Notes under the pieces: model-generated
Database searches by the model: none
What the model saw: only the letters and a program-made list of their open reading frames with translations
Told to the model about the DNA's origin: nothing
DNA from: Octopus vulgaris
Taxonomy: Eukaryota
Length of the DNA: 64,000 nucleotides
Reading direction: 5' to 3'
Assembly: GCA_951406725.2 (NCBI GenBank)
Contig: OX597833.1
Location: 47,802,001-47,866,000 of the forward strand
Made by a program: the position numbers and the translations under genes
Part shown: one piece after another, positions 51,079 to 63,071 of the stretch
Position numbering within the stretch: the stretch's first letter is position 1
How the letters are laid out: every line of letters starts with the position of its first letter

Positions 51079-51320
51079 GTACAATATTTGCATTGGATGG
51101 GCAGGTATCCTCACCTTGTTTGTTGCTACCACAATGTTTCAGCTGATGTATTCTCCTGCCTTCGTCAGGTGTCCTTGTAGAATTTTGAATCATGATGACA
51201 CCTGATGAAGGCTGGAGAATACATCAGCCAAAACGTTGTGGTAACAACAAACAAGGTGAGGACACCTATCCGTCCAATGCAAATATTGTACATAATTCCT
51301 CATCTCTAAAATATAGAACA
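51079..51320. mobile_element. Penelope-like inverted pseudo-LTR remnant with a hammerhead core in each arm
   Basis: ~95-bp inverted arms 51079-51173 and 51197-51291, each with CTGA(T/C)GA-stem II-(G/A)AAAC. A diverged relative lies at ~15617-15862. Confidence 0.7.
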
Positions 51321-51337
51321 GAATGAAAATGGTTCTT

Positions 51338-51714
51338 TTATTTGTTTCAGTCATTTGACTGCAACTATGCTGGAGCACCACCTTTAGTCGAGCAAATCAA
51401 CTCCAGGACTTATTCTTTGTAAGCCTAGTACTTATTCTACCGGTCTCTCTTGCTGAACCGCTAAGTTACAGGGATGTAAACACACCAGCATCAGTTGTCA
51501 AGCGATATTGGGGGGACAAACACAGACACACAAACATGTACATATTTATACGATGAGCTTCTTTCAGTTTCCATCTTCCAAATCCACTCACAAGGCTTTG
51601 GTCAGCCTGAGGCTTTAGTAGAAGACACTTGCCCAAGGTGCCACACAGTGGAACTGAACCTGGAACCATGTGGTTGGTAAGCAAGCTACTTACCACACAG
51701 CCACTACTGCACCT
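51338..51714 (-). mobile_element. tRNA-derived SINE, family 1
   Basis: Reverse complement of the family consensus seen in this window. Confidence 0.85.
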
Positions 51715-52384
51715 ATAAGGCTGGGAACCTTTACTTTATAATATTCAATCTCAACTACTTTTCCTTTGTTTGCTGGTGTTATTAAACTTTAGCATTTAAA
51801 CCAGCTATATCCAGCCCAGATAATCTACTTATTTTATGTTCAGACAAGCTAGACCTGGCATCTCACACTTACCTTAAAATATACAATCTAAAAATATACA
51901 ATCACATCATTGAAATCTCAAAGCTATGAGGTAATGCATGATGAATTTAAAACAATGTAATTAAAAAAGCATTACCTTTGGCAGAGTAATCTGAATGCTA
52001 AAAGGTTAATGCTTTAATTTTGACTATGTTCTTGAAACCCCTGAAATTATATAAATTGACTCTTCTGAAGATACTAACTCTCTGCTACACACACATAAGC
52101 CCATTCTATACATTGTTACTCATCTTGATACTCTTAGTGGATTTAATCTCTTATACATAGTAACAACCACTGTGTGCAAGACAAATCTATCACCTCACTA
52201 TGTTTAATGATCTCACATGGTGATCTACCATATATAGCATATACAAAATTTTCTCTCCAGCAGTAGAAAACACATAGACCAGATTAGTTACTTTTGTAGA
52301 TTTCCATGACTCTCTGTCGGCATCCAACTCCATTATTATTAATTTGAATTGGAAGCTTGAGTCGTAGTGAACCTTTTGTTAGTT

Positions 52385-52538
52385 GTGGCTGTGTGGTAAG
52401 TAGCTTGCTTACCAACCACATGTTACTGGGTTCAGTCCCACCATGTGGCACTTTGGGCAGTGTGTCTTTTGCTATAGCCTCAGGCCAACCAAGGCCTTGT
52501 GAGTGGATTTGGTAGACAGAAACTGAAAGAAGTCCTTC

Positions 52539-52595
<57 letters not shown>

Positions 52596-52822
52596 TGTGT
52601 GTGTGTGTGTGTGTGTGTGTTTGTGTTTGTCCCCCACCATCGCTTGACAACTGATGTTGGTGTGTCTATGTCCCCCATAACTTAGCGGTTCAGCAAAAGA
52701 TACCAATAGAATAAGTACTTGGCTTACAAAGAATAAGTTCTCGAGTCAATTTGTTCGACTTAAGGCACTGTTCCAGCATGGCCACAGTCAAATGACTGAA
52801 ATAAATAAAAGAGTAAAAGAGT
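52385..52822 (+). mobile_element. tRNA-derived SINE, family 1
   Basis: Same A/B boxes, body and tail as 31421-31836. Confidence 0.85.
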
Positions 52823-53303
52823 AACTATGGATGCCACCCCTATAGATGCTTTGCAGTTACTCTTTGATAGGGCTTGGTGATCCTACCCGTCAATCTAGGA
52901 TTCCTCAGCTCAGTATCGATGTAAGAAGCTCCATTGGCCCAGTTGAGCTCTTCTGCTACTCCTCACAATCGACCATTCTGCAGTTCCACAACTTTGCTAT
53001 ATCTCTGGGAGGGTGGCTGAACAGATGCTATGCTCTGCCAAAGGGCAACCTGTAACTATGCAGAGCACAGCTGTCACTCTGTGCGGTAGTTTCAAAATAT
53101 TTACATACACAAGATCAGTTACTAACACTTTATAAAGCTCAAGTAAAACCCACATCAAAATACTATTCATATATGTGAAACTATACTAATATTGCACACA
53201 CAAATCTTAAATAAGACTGTTGATTGACTGATTGACAAATATTAAAGCACACAACATGTTTCAAGCACTTGTCACTTGACTGTGTTGTTTCTTCTCTTTC
53301 TTA

Positions 53304-53682
53304 CTAGCAGTATCACATGGTGTTGCTCGGGTTTGTTTCGACCCTTTAGAAGTGGAATTTTTGAAAAGTAAAAATTTTGCATTTTGTAGCTTGAAGTGAA
53401 CATTTTTCTGGTTGAAATACACTGAAGAATGGCGACACAGCAGTCAAAAAATCGTAAAAAGTAGGGATTTTCATAGAAAAAAAGCACCTTTTTGATGTAA
53501 AAAATTTTTGGTGTTAACATGGTCCGATTTAAATTTTATCTTCTACGGAATGAAGAGCAAGCCTTCTTCTATCATATTCTCAATTTTGGTCAACTTGCGC
53601 CGCAGGATCTCAGAGGAGATAGTGTTAGTTGAAGGCTACCAAACCTGCCACACACAGACAACTTCAGCTTTATATATAGAGA
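53304..53682 (-). mobile_element. Non-autonomous Helitron
   Basis: Minus strand reads A|TCTCTATATATAAAG at the 5' end, then a degenerate subterminal hairpin (cccgagcaacaccatgtg) and CTAG|T at the 3' end. Inserted at an AT site with no TSD. Confidence 0.7.
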
Positions 53683-54322
53683 TTGCTATTACAATGTCCT
53701 CTAAATTTGCTTGTATACCTGTTCCATTCAGATACCTCTCCCCTCATGCCTCTCCTCTTATAGCTTTCACTGTCTTCTCTCACACAGTAAACCATTTTAG
53801 CAGCAGTGAAAGAGGAAGACACTATGATAATCCAGAAATTAGAAAAACAAATCATAGTACTAGCTGTAACAGCAATAAGAGAAGTGGGGATTTAAACTTT
53901 TAAAGGAAAAAGAATTTACTGACCATGTGGATATTTTTGTCTGACAGTAATAACAAGAAATACACAAACCTATTTAAGAGATCTGGCAAATTGGCTGTTA
54001 CAGAGTGTCACATAGAATGTCTTATGATATTTATTTTGGTTCTTTGAGTTCTTAATTTAAATTCTACTGAGGTCAACTTCATCTTTCATCCTTCCAGAAG
54101 TGATAAATATAGCACTAGTCAAATACTAAGGTTGGCTCCTTTCTCTCTTTCTCAGCATTGGGTATTTTGTACTGTGAGAGGGATTGAGGGAGACACTGGT
54201 CTCTTTCCTCCGGAAATGGAGTCAATGAAAGCTAAACTCTTTATCATAGAAAATATGATATATTGGAACTGTCCAAGGAAGGCCCAATGTGCAGTAAAGC
54301 ACAGAACAAAATAACAAAATGA

Positions 54323-54420
54323 TTTCAAAAGGTGATTCGAGTTGAAACAATTCTTTGCTCTGATGGACAATAAAACAAAACTTAGTAGTTTAGCCTTATT
54401 AAATATACAAGGAGAGATCA
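54323..54420 (+). pseudogene. Decayed hAT transposase C-terminal dimerisation-domain fragment
   Basis: FQKVIRVETILCS, then a frameshift, then KLSSLALLNIQGEI; resembles the hAT motif FSKLKRIKTYLRSTM..ERLSSLALLSIE. Confidence 0.4.
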
Positions 54421-54864
54421 CTGGAGATAGTGAATCCTAGCCTTTATAATTGTTATGAGAATTGGAGGTACGGGACTGTTCATTGTGCAATCAGCAAAGG
54501 GCCTCATTATTGAAGATATGGAATTTAAAAGGGACAGAATGGAGAGTTGCATCACTACAATGGGGTTAAAGATAGAAAAAAAAAAAGAAGCAAAGTTAAT
54601 GTGTAGAATGGAAGAAGGGATCAACTGAATAATAGATGCTTAATTGAAGTTCACAGTTTTTGTGAGATTCTGGGTGGTGGCTAACATGTATCATCCACAT
54701 TAATTGTCTCAGTTTTAACAACACATGGTCTTAGATCAAGTTTTCTAGACAAGTACATCATTGAAATACAGTAACCTGTATCTGCCGATAAGATGTTATA
54801 TTTATAATATTCTAAACAATATAAAAATAAATTAGTCCTACGTACTTTAATTTATAAAGAACAG

Positions 54865-55280
54865 GGATCTTTTCGGTTTGAACGGCAGTTTCTTCTAGCG
54901 GTGTCATATGAAATTGTCACTCATAATTATGACCCTAGTATCGATCTATTGCATTTCAATCTGTTTTAGGGTTAGGGTTAGGGGTGGGGTGAAGGGTATT
55001 TTTTTTCCTCAGAAATGTATATAAACCCAATCTGTTTCTTAAACGAGGGACATATTCATAAGACACAGAATGTTTTCACCTCAATAGACGTCATTGATTG
55101 GTTGAAATTGCAGAAATTGAAGGAAAAAAACAACAAATATCTTGCAAACTATAGAATTTTCTCAATAAAGCCAAGAGAAAAAGATGTTTTATAAACACAT
55201 TCTACAAGTATACGAAGTTTAAAATTTTTTTATATAGCTAGAAATTATGTTAAAAACTGCCGTTCAAGCCGAAAAGATCC
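54865..55280. mobile_element. Second copy of the Merlin-like MITE, opposite orientation, no TSD
   Basis: Same TIRs; interior is the reverse complement of 1918-2337. Confidence 0.85.
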
Positions 55281-55999
55281 ACTGAAAGTAACAGTCATAT
55301 TGCAAAAGCATAATATAGTAAGCAGTGAATCAGTGTCAGTGACTAGGTCGCAGTTTGTGTGACGAAAATTTAGACGAGTTAGCGATTTTAGAAAAGCTAA
55401 TGTGTCTTCGACGCTGTGATTGCGATATACGGTCTAGGATCAAAACTTCTTTTTCCAGGCAAATACATTTCCGAAATTAATATAATAATCTACATCTATT
55501 GATAAGAGGTCATATTTAAAATATTCTAAACAATACAAAATTCAGCTTTATGTATACTTTAATTTGCAAAGAATAATTGTTGTGGAGTTGAGGTGCTGGT
55601 ATGAATTTCAAAACATCAACATGGGCATTAATCATAATTAGTTAATTATAAACTGAAGGTAAGTCATATTGCAAAAGCATAATATAGTAGCAGTGAATCT
55701 GTGTCAGTGACTAGGTCGCAGTTTGTGTGACGAAAATTTAGACATCAAATAAAATATATTTATGACGAGTTAGCGGTTTTAGAAAAGCTAATGTGTCTTC
55801 GACGTTGTGATTGCAATATACGGTCTAGGATCAAAACTTCTTTTTCCAGGCAAATACATTTCCGAAATTAATATAATAATCTACATCTATTGATAAGAGG
55901 TCATATTTAAAATATTCTAAACAATACAAAATCCAGCTTTATATATACTTTAATTTGCAAAGAATAATTGTTGTGGAGTTGAGGTACTGGTATGAATTT
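55281..55999. repeat. Tandem duplication, ~371-bp period (third diverged copy at ~54640-54863)
   Basis: Near-identical units begin at 55281 and 55652. Confidence 0.9.
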
Positions 56000-56514
56000 A
56001 AGCTTCGCTACAGCCATTGTTATGACATACAGGAAGTTACATAACTATTTGTCGTCCGTCTGTCTCGCTGACAACGAACAGGTGCTCTTTCTTTATGGTT
56101 GAGCAGGAAGGGCTCCGAAAAAAAAAATCATTTTGCCCCATATAGGCTCAAACATGACTGCGTGGTTAAAATGTTTGCTTCACAAATAAGTGGTTCCAGG
56201 TTCAATCCCACTGTACAGAACTTTGAGATTGACGTGAGTGTCTTACTTGTCTTCTACTGTAAATGTCAGGTTGACCAATAACTTTTTTTTGTGAATGGAA
56301 TATATTTGTGCAGTCGTTCGCGCGCGCTTTTGCGCTCGAGCTTTGGAGCTTGTTACAGCATACATAATTTACATAAATATTCTATATTAAAATATAAATC
56401 GAATGCAGAAGAAAATAGTAATGTAATTAAGTATGCTGTGACAATAAATTCATATTCGTCACTCCCTCGTTTTAGAGCTTAAAAATAAACCGCGTCTATG
56501 TTGGTTCTTCTTAA

Positions 56515-56790
56515 GAAGAGTGGTCCCGGTGCGCGCACTCGCGTACTCGCGCATCCGTGATTGCTAGCTAGTCGTGACTAGTCGATCCTTACTTTGTGTT
56601 TTTGTTTTATTTACTTTATTTTAAAAAAATTATTTACTTTGTGTTTTTGTGTTTTATTTACTTTGTGTAAAAATATTATTTATTTCGTGTTTTATTTACT
56701 TTGCTAGGTAGTCGCTGTAGGATCGACTAGTCACGAATAGCTAGCGCGGATGCACGAGTACGCGAGTGCGCGCACCGGGACCAACTCTTC
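56515..56790. mobile_element. CpG-rich foldback MITE with ~75-bp inverted arms flanked by TTAA
   Basis: TTAA|GAAGAG(T)TGGTCCCGGTGCGCGCACTCGCGTACTCG...GACTAGTCGATCCT arms; AT-rich tandem tttatttactttgtg core. Confidence 0.8.
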
Positions 56791-57699
56791 TTAAGTAGTA
56801 CCCTTAATGTTCTGCAACTTAGTAGTTTGGCAAATAGGACTTGATAAAATAAATATCATATGGAAATAACCACTGGGTGCAATATAATCAACTAAAACCC
56901 TCGAAAGCGGTGCTCCAGCATGACCACTATCTAATGACTGAAATTATTGAAAAACAAAAACAAAAGAATTAAAAAAGTAAAAATATTTTATATGCTTTGT
57001 AAAAAGAAAAAAAAATAGATGTAAAAGTAACATAAATAAATAAAAGTTCTAACTAGTCAGTCTGCCTTGCTTCTGTAGTATTTGACAATATTAGTCACCT
57101 TTCTAATTTTAAACTCATTCTAATATATTTGTTCTAACAAGAATTGGATTCATAAATTTGAAGTCGATAATCCACGTTGTTGACATTGGTTCGTGTCTTA
57201 AGTTTGATATAATCTTTAAAACTTGAGTGAGTTAAATTAAGGTAACATAATCTTTGTTCAGATATCTTAATATTGGAATATGAATGATGAAATATATTTA
57301 GCTCTGTCCACTTCGTTCCTTCTTTTAAACCACCTACACCACCAACAAATTAGTTGTAATGCTATAGTAATTAATTTATAAAGTTTTCTAAACTTATAAC
57401 AGAATTTTGTTGAAACAGTAGAATATATATAAGGGAAGTAACTTAGTTTTTAACCAATACATGGCACTAACCATTTGTAAATGATTTTGACTTTTAATCT
57501 ATAAAAAATGTCATGTTCGTCATTTTTTTATAAAAAAAAAGATGTTTATAATATATTTTAAGTGGTTTTTTTTTTTGCTGTCTTAAATTTCACAGGCAAA
57601 TGTCAATATAATGTGGTAGAGCTTGGATTACATACACACATAAATGATTATGAGATATGAAAGAGGTATATACCCAAATTCTAAATTATTACTTACATA

Positions 57700-57703
57700 A
57701 ATG

Positions 57704-57740
<37 letters not shown>

Positions 57741-57972
57741 CGTGTATTTGTGTGTATATTTGTATATATATATATATATATATGTATATATGTGTATGTA
57801 TATATATATTTGTATATATATATATGTATATATATGTGTATATATATATATATATGTATAGATATATACATATGTATATATATATATGTATATATATATG
57901 AATATGTATATATGTGTATATATATATATGTGTGTGTGTATGTATATGTGCGTATATATATATATATGTGTG

Positions 57973-58008
<36 letters not shown>

Positions 58009-58020
58009 CATACATACACG
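57700..58020. repeat. Compound (TA)/(TG) microsatellite
   Basis: Alternating purine-pyrimidine tract. Other (TA)n tracts at ~745-783, 948-1012, 24796-24896, 39088-39127, 50570-50790, 52542-52620 and 62205-62272. Confidence 0.95.
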
Positions 58021-58344
58021 ATTGTCATGAAGGTACTATATAGTATTTATTAACTTCAAAGTGTTCTCTGATAGATTATAGGGATTTACTTTTTGTTAAA
58101 TCATAAAATTTCATATTTTAAATTAAATGTTTTCTTTTCCTTTCTACCAAGACATATATCTTTCTTGTATATATGAGTTGATACACTGAAAATTAGAAAT
58201 ACTCAAATCCAATATATATGTACAGCAATTCTTAAGTTGTTTGTTTAACAAACTTTTCTATGTTAGATGTGAGTTTTAGTACTCAGGGTTGTCTTAATAT
58301 TGCAAGCCTCTGAGCAAATCAATGCATTGGACCCTATGGCTATA

Positions 58345-58688
58345 GTCTGAGACCCCCTTTGGTCACAACACAGACCATGGGATTGCACCTAGAAAGTTAC
58401 CCTCCCAGGCACAAGTCCAGGCAAGGTTGTTTATGGAAGACCAACAGTCGCCCATACATACTGGCCTCCCCTCTCCATGCCACCAGTGTTATCCAAGGGA
58501 AAGGCAAAGGCTGATACAGCTTGGCACCTGTGACGTCGCAACTCATTTCTACAGCTGAGTGAACTGGAGCAACGTGAAATAAAGTGTCTTGTTCAAGAAC
58601 ACAACACACAGCCTGGTCCGGGATTCGAGCTCAGAACCTCTCGATCGTAAGCTCAATGCTCTAACCACTGAGCCATGCACCTTCACTA
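58345..58688 (-). mobile_element. tRNA-derived SINE, family 3
   Basis: Head tggctcagtggttagagc...gagctcgaatccc and body ttgtgttcttga(a/g)caagacactttatttcac. Copies at ~26930-27250(+) and 60205-60450(+); related copies at 11105-11320 and 59170-59430. Confidence 0.8.
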
Positions 58689-58747
58689 TCGCTATAGTAT
58701 TTATTTATTGGCAGTAAGGGGCAGAATACATAGACCAGAATTTAGCA

Positions 58748-60778
58748 CCCCCAACCTGTGAGGCCTCAGTGTGCCCATACATAATAATTGCCAGTGCAAT
58801 ATTATGTATGGGACATTAAAACAATTATAATTATCATCTATCTGCTCAAAATTCTTCTTTTACAGATATCAATACAATTGCTTTTACAGAATTCAGTCCC
58901 ACTCTAGATTTCTGCTCACTAAACAAGAGTAAGAAGCACAGCTGGTCATATTGATTAAGAACTTTCCTGTCAGATAAAGAGTCAACACAGTTTAATCTAT
59001 ATAACTGCCACAATTCTGTGTCACTGACAAATTCACTTAACTCTCAATGGCTGCAACTGCTTTTCGCAGACGTTGCCCTAGGGTTATTCTAAGAATTTCT
59101 TGGCATGACCATATCAGAAATAAAGTCATGGAAAAGACCAAGCTGAGTAACCTATGAAATGCCATCCTCATGAGACAGTGGAATATTGCTCCTTCCCAAG
59201 TCATATTGACCCACAGATGGTTTTCTGGTTCCTGTGGCATATATATTCCCCACTGGACAGGGCACCGGTCTGTCGCAGGAATACTCATTTTTGCCAGCTG
59301 AGTGGGTTGGAGCAATGTGAAACAAAATGTTTTGATCAAGAACACAAGACATCACACAGCCTAGGAATTGAAACCACAGTCTTATGATCATGAGTCCAAC
59401 ATCCTAACCACAAAGCCACTTGCTGCCACACAGTGAAATATGTTCAACCATATTGAGGCATAGCGATAGCAAAAACTATTCTGGTGTTATATGTGTGTGT
59501 TTGTGTACCCATCCCACCGCTTGACAGCCGGTATTGGTTTGTTTGTGTCATAATAAGTTAACGGTGCACTAAAGAGACTGATAGAATAAATACTAAGCTT
59601 AAAAATAAGTGCTGGGGTCGAGGTATTCAATCAAAACCCTTCAAGGTGGTGCCCAATCATGGCCGCAGTCCAATGACTGAAATAAGTAAAAAGATAATAA
59701 ATGTGTGCCTATGTACCATGCATATTCTGAACCTGAAACCATGTAGTTAGGAAGCAAGCTTCTTAACCACACAGCCATGTTGGCTCCTATAGTCATGTCT
59801 GTGCCTATACCAATGCCTGTAAGAAAAGAAATACTGTATAAATGAGTTTTGTTAGGTTGTTATTCTGATGGGCCTAGATAAAACAAAAGGGAATTATTCC
59901 TGCACCTCTTTCCATGAATATAGGTGCAGACATAGCTGTGAGGTAAGAAGCTTGCTTCCCAACCACATAGTTCTGGGTTGAGTCCCACTGCATGGCACCA
60001 TAAGCAAGTCTTTCTACTACAGCTTCAGGCCAACCAAAGCCTTGTTTCCAAGATCAGTGTCAAGTGATGCTCATCATTGACTCAATAAGTTCTGCCAAAA
60101 TAGTTTACGTCTAGGTGCAGGAGTGGCTGTGTGGTAAGTAGCTTGCTTACCAACCACATGGTTCCACATTCAATCCCAGTGCGTGGCACCTTGGGCAAGT
60201 GTCTTCAGTCACCCGGCTGTGTGTTGTGTTTTTGAGCAAGACACTTTATTTCACATTGCTCCAGTTCACTCAGCTGTAGAAATGAATTGTGACATCACCG
60301 ATGCCAAGCTGTGTTGGTCTTTGCCTTTCCCTTGGATAACATTGGTGGCTTGGAGAGGGGATGCTGGTATGCATGGGCGAAAGCTGGTCTTCCATAAACA
60401 ACCTTGCTCAAAGGGTAACTTACTAGGTGCGGTCCCATGGTCTTTACCATAGATATTATCATCATCATTTAATGTCCGCTTTCCATGCTAGCATGGGTTA
60501 AGCCAGGAGGCTGCACCAGGCCCAGTCTGATCTGGCAGTGTTTCTACATCTGGATGCCCTTCCTAATGCCAACCACTCCATGAGTGTAGTGGGTGTTTTT
60601 TACGTGCCAGACGAGGCTGGCAATGGCCACGATCGGATGGTGCTTTTTAACGTGCCACCGGCACGGAGGCCAGTCGGGGCGGCGCTGGTAATGGCCACGT
60701 TCAGATGGTTCTCTTACGTGCCACCAGCACTGGTAACACAACTACAATTTCCATTGATTTTGATTGATTTCAATTTCG

Positions 60779-60826
<48 letters not shown>

Positions 60827-62199
60827 ATGACATTTCCTAGTACATATAAACACAAGTATTATGTATTATTTCTATTGTTTATTTTAATGCATATATATGA
60901 GAGAGACATGAGAATTATGTTATCATGTTTGCTAAATTTATTGCTGTTGTTTTCCATAATGTGTGACTGAGTTGTGAGAGAAAGGTGACTACCAATGCGA
61001 ACTGTGTGCGAATTGGTTTCTCATGACCTGGATGTATGACATAGCCTCCAGCTGTATTAAGCTGGTCTCTGGTTAGAATTTAGAATCGAAACTTATTTAT
61101 AAGAAAATGACAAAATTCTGGAAATTTTCATCAGCATTTTGGCACATAAAAATGGAAGTAGGTCTGATTCTTAAAGTTTGATGACAATTTATCAGAGCAG
61201 TCATGAGACATTTACTCATTGCCCACATCATCATCATCATAATCATTTTAACATTCACTTTTCCATGCTTTTATGGATTGGACAGAGTTTACTGAGGCAG
61301 ATTCTCTGCAGTTTGATGTCCTTCCTATCACCAACACTAACCTGTTTCCAGCCAAGATAAAATTTCCATTGCCAGATATGTATCTGCAGAATATATTAAA
61401 TGAATGACCCAGCTTCTATGACAGGGACAACCATTTACAACTGTCACATAATGTCAAGGCAAGGGGACACACACATACACACACACACACTATAGGTTTC
61501 TTTCAGTTTGCTTCTACCAAATCCACTCACAAGGCTTTATTTGACCTTGGGTTATATAGTATCAGACATTTACCCAAGGTGCCAAGCAATGGGGCTGAAC
61601 CCCAAATCATATCTCACTCATAAAAATATCCCCCAATCCTGTGAGGGCTCAGTATGCCCATACATAATAATTGCCAGTGCAAGATTATCTATGGAACATT
61701 AAAAGAATTATAAATATCATCTATCTGTTCAAAATTCTTCTTTTAGAAATATCAATACAATTGCTTTTATAGAATTCAATTTCACTCTAGAATTTCTGGC
61801 TGTGTCACTTCATTTTACTATTATCAGTCAAATATTTAATTAATTCATTAACCAATCAAAATATTTGATCAATCAGTTGGTTCACCAGCATCCTTTCTCT
61901 GCAGTCTACAACCGTATCGTCGAGGTGCCTTGATGAAATAATTGATTTGGTAATTAATTAATTAGATAAGTAGTTGATTAATGATAATAATGATATAATG
62001 AAAACGACTAATATGTGTATTTTCTATTAGCAAAATGACTGTCCCAAAGCATATCAACATCTGATTCAACACATGATTTCTCTGGAAGAAATCTTGCAAA
62101 ACAAATACAAAAACAATGTGTCTGTCTGTCTGTCTACCTACCTACCTACCTACCTACCTACCTACCTACCTATCTATCTATCTATCTATCTAAATGTGT

Positions 62200-62275
<76 letters not shown>

Positions 62276-63071
62276 GAGAGTTTACGAAAAAAACGAAAGA
62301 CGAAGACAGGTGGTGTACAAAACAAACAGATGTATTAGTATAATGCAGGTGTGACTGTGCAGTAAGAAGTTTGGTTTCCAACCACATGGTTCCGGGTTCA
62401 GTACCACTACGTAACATCTTGGTTAAGCATCTTCATAACCCTGTTTCAACCAAAGCCTTGTGAATGAATTTGTAGACGGAAACTGAAAGAAGTCCGTCGT
62501 ACTATTTATATATAAACATTGTCATTCATATATATGTCGATCATGAATGATATTTTTGTATTTTCCCGAATTGTTTGTCTGTCCTCTCTGTGTTTGGCCC
62601 CTTGTGGGTAGTAAAGAAATAGGTATTTCGTCTGCTGTTACGTTCTGAGTTCTAATTCCGCCGATGTCAATTTTATCTTTCATTGCTTCGGAATCAATAA
62701 AATAAAGAACAGTCTCCCAGTTATATGTATCTAAAACCAAAGATAGGCTTGCATCTTTTACTTATATATGTATATATATATTTAGATATAGATAGATTGA
62801 TTTCTAGATATATTTTGCTAAGACATAGCGATAGCAAAAACTATCCTGGTGTTATATGTGTGTGTTTGTGAGTCTATCTAACCGCTTGACAACCGGTATT
62901 GGTTTGTTTGAGTCATAATAAGTTAACGGTGCGCTAAAGAGACTGATAGAATAAATACTAAGCTTAAAAATAAGTACTGGGGTCGATGTATTCGATCAAA
63001 ACCCTTCAAGGTGGTGCCCAATCATGGCCGCAGTCCAATGACTGAAATAAGTAAAAATATAATAAATGTGT
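58748..63071. repeat. Old local duplication of about 3 kb
   Basis: 58748-58914 matches 61630-61798, and 59459-59706 matches 62824-63071, in the same order and orientation. Confidence 0.75.

Noticed and set aside
54132-54314. WVF...GIEGDTG resembling a Merlin/IS1595 transposase
   Set aside because: The similarity is too short and the downstream catalytic motifs are absent.
57628-58043. YI/IY-rich ORFs here and at 24667, 38973, 50234, 52284 and 62073
   Set aside because: They are translations of (TA)n/(TG)n microsatellites.
58786-58800. CAGTGC loop suggesting an iron-responsive element
   Set aside because: Pairing gives a CAGT tetraloop, with no 5-bp upper stem and bulged C in IRE geometry, and there is no evidence that it lies in an mRNA UTR.
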